From Deltaproteobacteria bacterium GWB2_55_19 (lineage in GTDB: Bacteria > Desulfobacterota > GWC2-55-46), in assembly GCA_001797465.1 (NCBI GenBank), contig MGPQ01000009.1, positions 65,009-129,008 of the forward strand: 64,000 nt of DNA, written 5' to 3'. The notes below the pieces were generated by a model. That model worked only from the letters and a program-made list of their open reading frames with translations, ran no database searches and had not been told where the DNA came from. The position numbers and the translations under genes were made by a program. Numbering within the stretch: the stretch's first letter is position 1; each line of letters opens with the position of its first letter. Shown here piece after piece: positions 60,145 through 64,000 of this stretch.

Positions 60145-60849
60145 TCAGCGCCTGGCGAGCCTGTCAAGCGCCTTCCTGGCCTTGCCGGCGGCCTCCGTGC
60201 CCGGGTACTTCCTTACGACCTTTTCGAGATACTCTCTTCCCTTCTCAATATCCTCCATCTCCAGGCATGAGTACGCCGCCTTTAGAAGCGCGTCCGGGGC
60301 CTTGTTCTCCCCGGGATACCTGTCGACTACTTCCCTGAACCTGGCGAGCGCCGCAACGAAGTCCTTCTCCGAGTAGTACGACTCGCCTACCCAGTAAAGG
60401 GCGTTATCCGAAAGCGTATGGTCCGGATAGGCCTTCAAAAACCTTGCGAACACCTTCCTCGACTCCTCGAAGTTGCCGTTAAGGAAAAGGTCCTGCCCCT
60501 TGTTGTAAAGCTCGTCAGGCCCCTCGGCCTTTGCCGGGGCCTGCGCCTCAACCATCGGCGCGGCCGCGGACGACGGCTCTTCCTCTAACGGCACGACTTT
60601 AAGCCCCTCGGGCACCAACGGGCGCGAGAGCTTCTCTATGTCGGCCTTCGCGGTCTCAAGCTTCTCATGGAGGAGGTTAAACTTGTTGTTGAGGTCCTCG
60701 ACCTTCGCGTCGCGCTCGTCAATCGACGCCTTGAGCTCCGTCACCTTTCTCCCGAGCTCGTCGACCTTCTTCTCGTGCTCGCCCATGCCGGCGCAACCCG
60801 CAAACAGCAACGCCGCGGCAATGCTTAAAATAATCGGTCTGTTTTTCAT
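60145..60849 (-). CDS. cpoB: CpoB/YbgF-like TPR lipoprotein
   Basis: Lipobox FAGC, coiled coil, YP...SDNALYWVGE.YY, K.PDALLK. Confidence 0.82.
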   Translation of the reverse strand: MKNRPIILSIAAALLFAGCAGMGEHEKKVDELGRKVTELKASIDERDAKVEDLNNKFNLLHEKLETAKADIEKLSRPLVPEGLKVVPLEEEPSSAAAPMVEAQAPAKAEGPDELYNKGQDLFLNGNFEESRKVFARFLKAYPDHTLSDNALYWVGESYYSEKDFVAALARFREVVDRYPGENKAPDALLKAAYSCLEMEDIEKGREYLEKVVRKYPGTEAAGKARKALDRLARR

Positions 60850-61014
60850 TTTTCAAAAATATCCTTCGAAGGCCCTTTCTGTCAAGTGAAATCAACTGAT
60901 GATGAAGCCGGGGTATCCCTTGCCATTCCGTACGCCCCTGGGCAGGCGGCCTCGGCGAGGCCTTCGCCTCGTATTATATTTAGCCCTAAAGGGCCTTTAA
61001 ATCAGTGACCGCTA

Positions 61015-61605
61015 TCACGGCCGGTCCGGGGCGGAGAGCATCTCGAATATCTTTTTTCCGAGGTCGAGCTTTCCCGCGCCGGTTGTGGCCGAAAAAAGGA
61101 CCGCCTCGTGCGCCGGGATGATCTTCTTAAGCACTTTCAGCCGGGACGAGAGCTGGTTGCTCGATAACTTGTCTATCTTGGTAAAGACCGTTGTGACCGG
61201 GATGCCGAAGCCCTCTATCCAGTCGCAGAGCTTCAGCTCCGCCTCTCCGGCGTCGCGCCTCGGGTCGAGGATGAGGAACGCGCCCTTGAGGTTCCGCCTC
61301 TCCGAGAGGTATTCTCCTATCATCCCCTCCCACGAGCGCCTCTCCTCGTGCGAGACCTTGGCGTAGCCGAAACCCGGGAGGTCCACGAGGCGGAACTCCA
61401 GGTTGATGGCGTAGAAGTTTATGGTCCGCGTCTTTCCCGGCGTGGAGCTCGTCTTTGCGAGGCCCTTTCTCATGGTGAGCGAATTTATGAGCGAGGACTT
61501 CCCCACGTTCGACCTGCCGATGAGCGCTATCTCGGGGAGTCCGTCCTTTGGCCAGCCCGGCGCGGCCACGGCGCTTGTGATGAACTCGGCTGATGTTATC
61601 TTCAA
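61015..61605 (-). CDS. yihA: Ribosome biogenesis GTPase YihA/EngB
   Basis: GRSNVGKSSLIN, SSTPGKTR, DLPGFGYAK, TKIDK. Confidence 0.95.
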   Translation of the reverse strand: MKITSAEFITSAVAAPGWPKDGLPEIALIGRSNVGKSSLINSLTMRKGLAKTSSTPGKTRTINFYAINLEFRLVDLPGFGYAKVSHEERRSWEGMIGEYLSERRNLKGAFLILDPRRDAGEAELKLCDWIEGFGIPVTTVFTKIDKLSSNQLSSRLKVLKKIIPAHEAVLFSATTGAGKLDLGKKIFEMLSAPDRP

Positions 61606-61612
61606 TGTTCCC

Positions 61613-63400
61613 TCATGTGACGGAGATGACCTCCTCGTAAGTGGTTATGCCCTGCAGCATCTTCCTTATGGCGGATTCGCGGAGGACCGACATGCCTTCG
61701 GCGCGCGCGGCCTTTTGTATTACGGTAGAGTCAGAGGTCTTGGCGACTATCGCCTTTATCTTGTCTGAAAAATCCATTATCTCGAATACGCCGGTCCTGC
61801 CCTTGTAGCCCGTCCCCCTGCACTCCGTGCAACCCTCGCCGTAATAGACCCTGTACTCCTTTTCCTTGAGCCTTAAGTACTCGACCTCCTCGGTCTTCAG
61901 GACCCTCGTCTTCCTGCAGTTCGAGCATATCTTCCGCACCAGCCGCTGGGCTATGATGCCGACGACAGTCGAGTTTATGAGGAACCCGGGGACGCCGAGA
62001 TCCATGAGCCTCGTGACGGACGAGGGCGCGTCGTTCGTGTGAAGCGTTGAAAACACGAGGTGGCCGGTGAGCGCGGCCTGCACGGCGTTATCCGCGGTCT
62101 CCTTGTCCCTTATCTCGCCGACCATGATGATGTCTGGGTCCTGGCGGAGAATAGTGCGGAGCGACCCGGCGAAGTCCACGCCTATCTGGGGCTGGACCCC
62201 GACCTGGTTGAACTCCTCCACTATCATCTCTATCGGGTCCTCGATCGTAACGATGTTCACTTCAGGCGAGGAAAGCGATTTCAGCGCCGAGTACAGCGTA
62301 GTAGTCTTGCCGGACCCGGTAGGGCCTGTGACAAGCACGATGCCGTACGTCCTTTTGATGAACGAGTTGAAGACGTCGAGCTCTGAGGGAAAAAACCCGA
62401 GGCCGCTCAAATCCTGGAATAGGACCTCGGGGTCGAATATCCTTATGACGACCTTCTCTCCGAACGCCGTCGGGAGTGTAGAGACCCTGAGCTCTATTTC
62501 CCGCCCCCTGGACTCGGTCTTGATGCGCCCGTCCTGCGGCTTTCTCTTTTCAGCTATATCCATCCTCGAGAGCATCTTTATGCGCGAAAGGATGGACGGG
62601 TGGACGACCTTCGGGATCGTGTGTATGTAGTGGAGGACGCCGTCTATGCGGAGACGGACGTGCGAGCGGTCCCTCTTGGGCTCGATGTGTATGTCGCTCG
62701 CCCGCTGGTCGTAGGCGTAATGGAGCAGGTACTCGACCGCGTTTACGATGTGCTGGTCCGTAGCGTCGAGCTCGACCGCCCCCTTCAGCCTCACGTACTG
62801 CTCGAGGTTGCCTAATTCCGTAGAGTGCGAGAACTCTTTTTCAGCCGCGCCGACCGAGTACCTGAAGCCGTAGAACTCGCGGACGATCTTCAATATGTCG
62901 GACTTCGAGCTCAAGACGAGGTCGACCTTCATCCTCCTCGTGGCTTTAAGGCTCTCCACGGCCTCGAGGTTGAAAGGGTCGGCTACGGCGAGCGTCACGA
63001 CGCGGTCTTTCTCCTCTATCGGGACGACGAGGTATCTCTGCGCGAACGGCCTCGGTATGTGCGAGGTGACGATGTCGAGGTTTAGCTTTAACGGGTCTAT
63101 CTTCCTGTACGGGAGGCCGACCTCCTCGGCGATGACCTCGGTTATCATGTCCTCGGTGAGGGTCTTTTTGGGGTCGGTTACGAGCGGGAGGCCTAATGAG
63201 GCGACGACCTCGGCAGGCGAGACGAACTCGGCGACCGTCTGTCTCTTGGCGGAGTACATCGACTCCTGGGACTTTTTGATCCGCGCCCTCTGCCCCTCGC
63301 CGCGGATAAGTATCTCCCTCTCCTCGGTCTCTCCGATGAGCTTCTTTTTCCTGAGGAGCGCGGTTACGAACTCGATTGTAAGGGCCTTCTTTTCGGTCAT
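61613..63400 (-). CDS. GspE/PilB-family secretion or pilus assembly ATPase
   Basis: ASDIHIEP, RIDGVL, PQDGRI, GPTGSGKTTTLY, EDPIE, LRQDPD, GHLVFSTLH, tetracysteine motif. Confidence 0.93.
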   Translation of the reverse strand: MTEKKALTIEFVTALLRKKKLIGETEEREILIRGEGQRARIKKSQESMYSAKRQTVAEFVSPAEVVASLGLPLVTDPKKTLTEDMITEVIAEEVGLPYRKIDPLKLNLDIVTSHIPRPFAQRYLVVPIEEKDRVVTLAVADPFNLEAVESLKATRRMKVDLVLSSKSDILKIVREFYGFRYSVGAAEKEFSHSTELGNLEQYVRLKGAVELDATDQHIVNAVEYLLHYAYDQRASDIHIEPKRDRSHVRLRIDGVLHYIHTIPKVVHPSILSRIKMLSRMDIAEKRKPQDGRIKTESRGREIELRVSTLPTAFGEKVVIRIFDPEVLFQDLSGLGFFPSELDVFNSFIKRTYGIVLVTGPTGSGKTTTLYSALKSLSSPEVNIVTIEDPIEMIVEEFNQVGVQPQIGVDFAGSLRTILRQDPDIIMVGEIRDKETADNAVQAALTGHLVFSTLHTNDAPSSVTRLMDLGVPGFLINSTVVGIIAQRLVRKICSNCRKTRVLKTEEVEYLRLKEKEYRVYYGEGCTECRGTGYKGRTGVFEIMDFSDKIKAIVAKTSDSTVIQKAARAEGMSVLRESAIRKMLQGITTYEEVISVT

Positions 63401-63460
63401 CCTGCGGCTTTCTTCGCCTCACGGCGCATTCAAAACGCTTAAATCCCTCTAAACCCGCCG

Positions 63461-63721
63461 CTAATGCAGTCCATCTCTTTTTTCGGCAGATTCGTCCTTT
63501 TCTTTATACGCCTCCCTGCAGATGGACGCGTCGAGGAGGGTCTTCAAAAGCTTGTTGGTCTTTTCCTGCTCCTCTATGAGCTTTTTAAGGAGCGGCTTGG
63601 TGCCGAAGACCGAGAAGGGCATGGCTATCCAGAGGACGAGTATGACGCCTACGGATATGAGGAGGAATATGGCGAACGCCCCCAATACCACGAGGGTGGA
63701 GCTGAAGTATGACGGGTCCAT
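63461..63721 (-). CDS. Small single-pass membrane hypothetical protein
   Basis: Hydrophobic N-terminal half, W..MPF.VFG.K motif; co-oriented between hisS and the ATPase. Confidence 0.7.
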   Translation of the reverse strand: MDPSYFSSTLVVLGAFAIFLLISVGVILVLWIAMPFSVFGTKPLLKKLIEEQEKTNKLLKTLLDASICREAYKEKDESAEKRDGLH

Positions 63722-63730
63722 TTTAACCTG

Positions 63731-64000
63731 TTATTCTGATAGTATCCTCATTAAAGCGGCGTCGAAAGACAACCTCTCCTGCGCCGAGGTCAACATGTCC
63801 TTTACCGCGACCTCGCCTTTGGCGAGCTCGTCGTCGCCCATTATCACAGTGTATCGCGCGCCAAGCCTGTCCGCCCGTTTCATCCTGCTCTTTAAAGACC
63901 CCGGCGAGAACTCCTCCATCACCTTGCTCCCCTTTTCCCTCCAGGACCTGAGTATGGGGATGGACGCCTCCTCGGCCTTCTCACCTAATGCGATGAAGAC
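63731..64000 (-). CDS. hisS: Histidine--tRNA ligase, C-terminal anticodon-binding domain; truncated by window end
   Basis: SLKSRMKRADRLGARYTVIMGDDEL..G.V.VKDM....Q. Confidence 0.85.
   Translation of the reverse strand, partial: VFIALGEKAEEASIPILRSWREKGSKVMEEFSPGSLKSRMKRADRLGARYTVIMGDDELAKGEVAVKDMLTSAQERLSFDAALMRILSE

Overview
This is a GC-rich bacterial chromosomal segment whose gene content and repeat families are consistent with a deltaproteobacterium-like lineage (inference). It is mostly core genes. In order: the end of a glycosylation locus (GT4, radical SAM/SPASM), a liv-type ABC transporter, tRNA-Lys and tRNA-Glu with an AT-richer beta-propeller lipoprotein downstream, an orphan HEPN gene, lptFG, three tandem TMTC-like (GT-C + TPR) membrane proteins, aspS, three c7-type triheme cytochromes, a pentose phosphate cluster (tkt, tal-pgi fusion, gnd, zwf, glk, pgl), panBCD, rsmA/tsaD, a lemA-htpX operon, greA, rlmD, metH, PilZ genes, uvrB, ileS-lspA, topA-dprA-LysM-cpoB, yihA, a PilB/GspE ATPase and the end of hisS. 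I found no CRISPR array, transposase, integrase or phage gene. The most unusual signal is non-coding. The intergenic spaces hold several families of palindromic miniature elements. One ~89-bp element occurs three times (17916, 37317, 50918), with conserved imperfect ends and a covarying internal stem, and two of its copies sit inside other, unrelated palindromic repeats. Also notable: the TMTC-like trio, a transaldolase domain with Glu at the Phe178-equivalent site, a promoter-leader-terminator upstream of panBCD, and a sigma28-type locus with a CxxCH lipoprotein, a PilZ brake and a small ORF.
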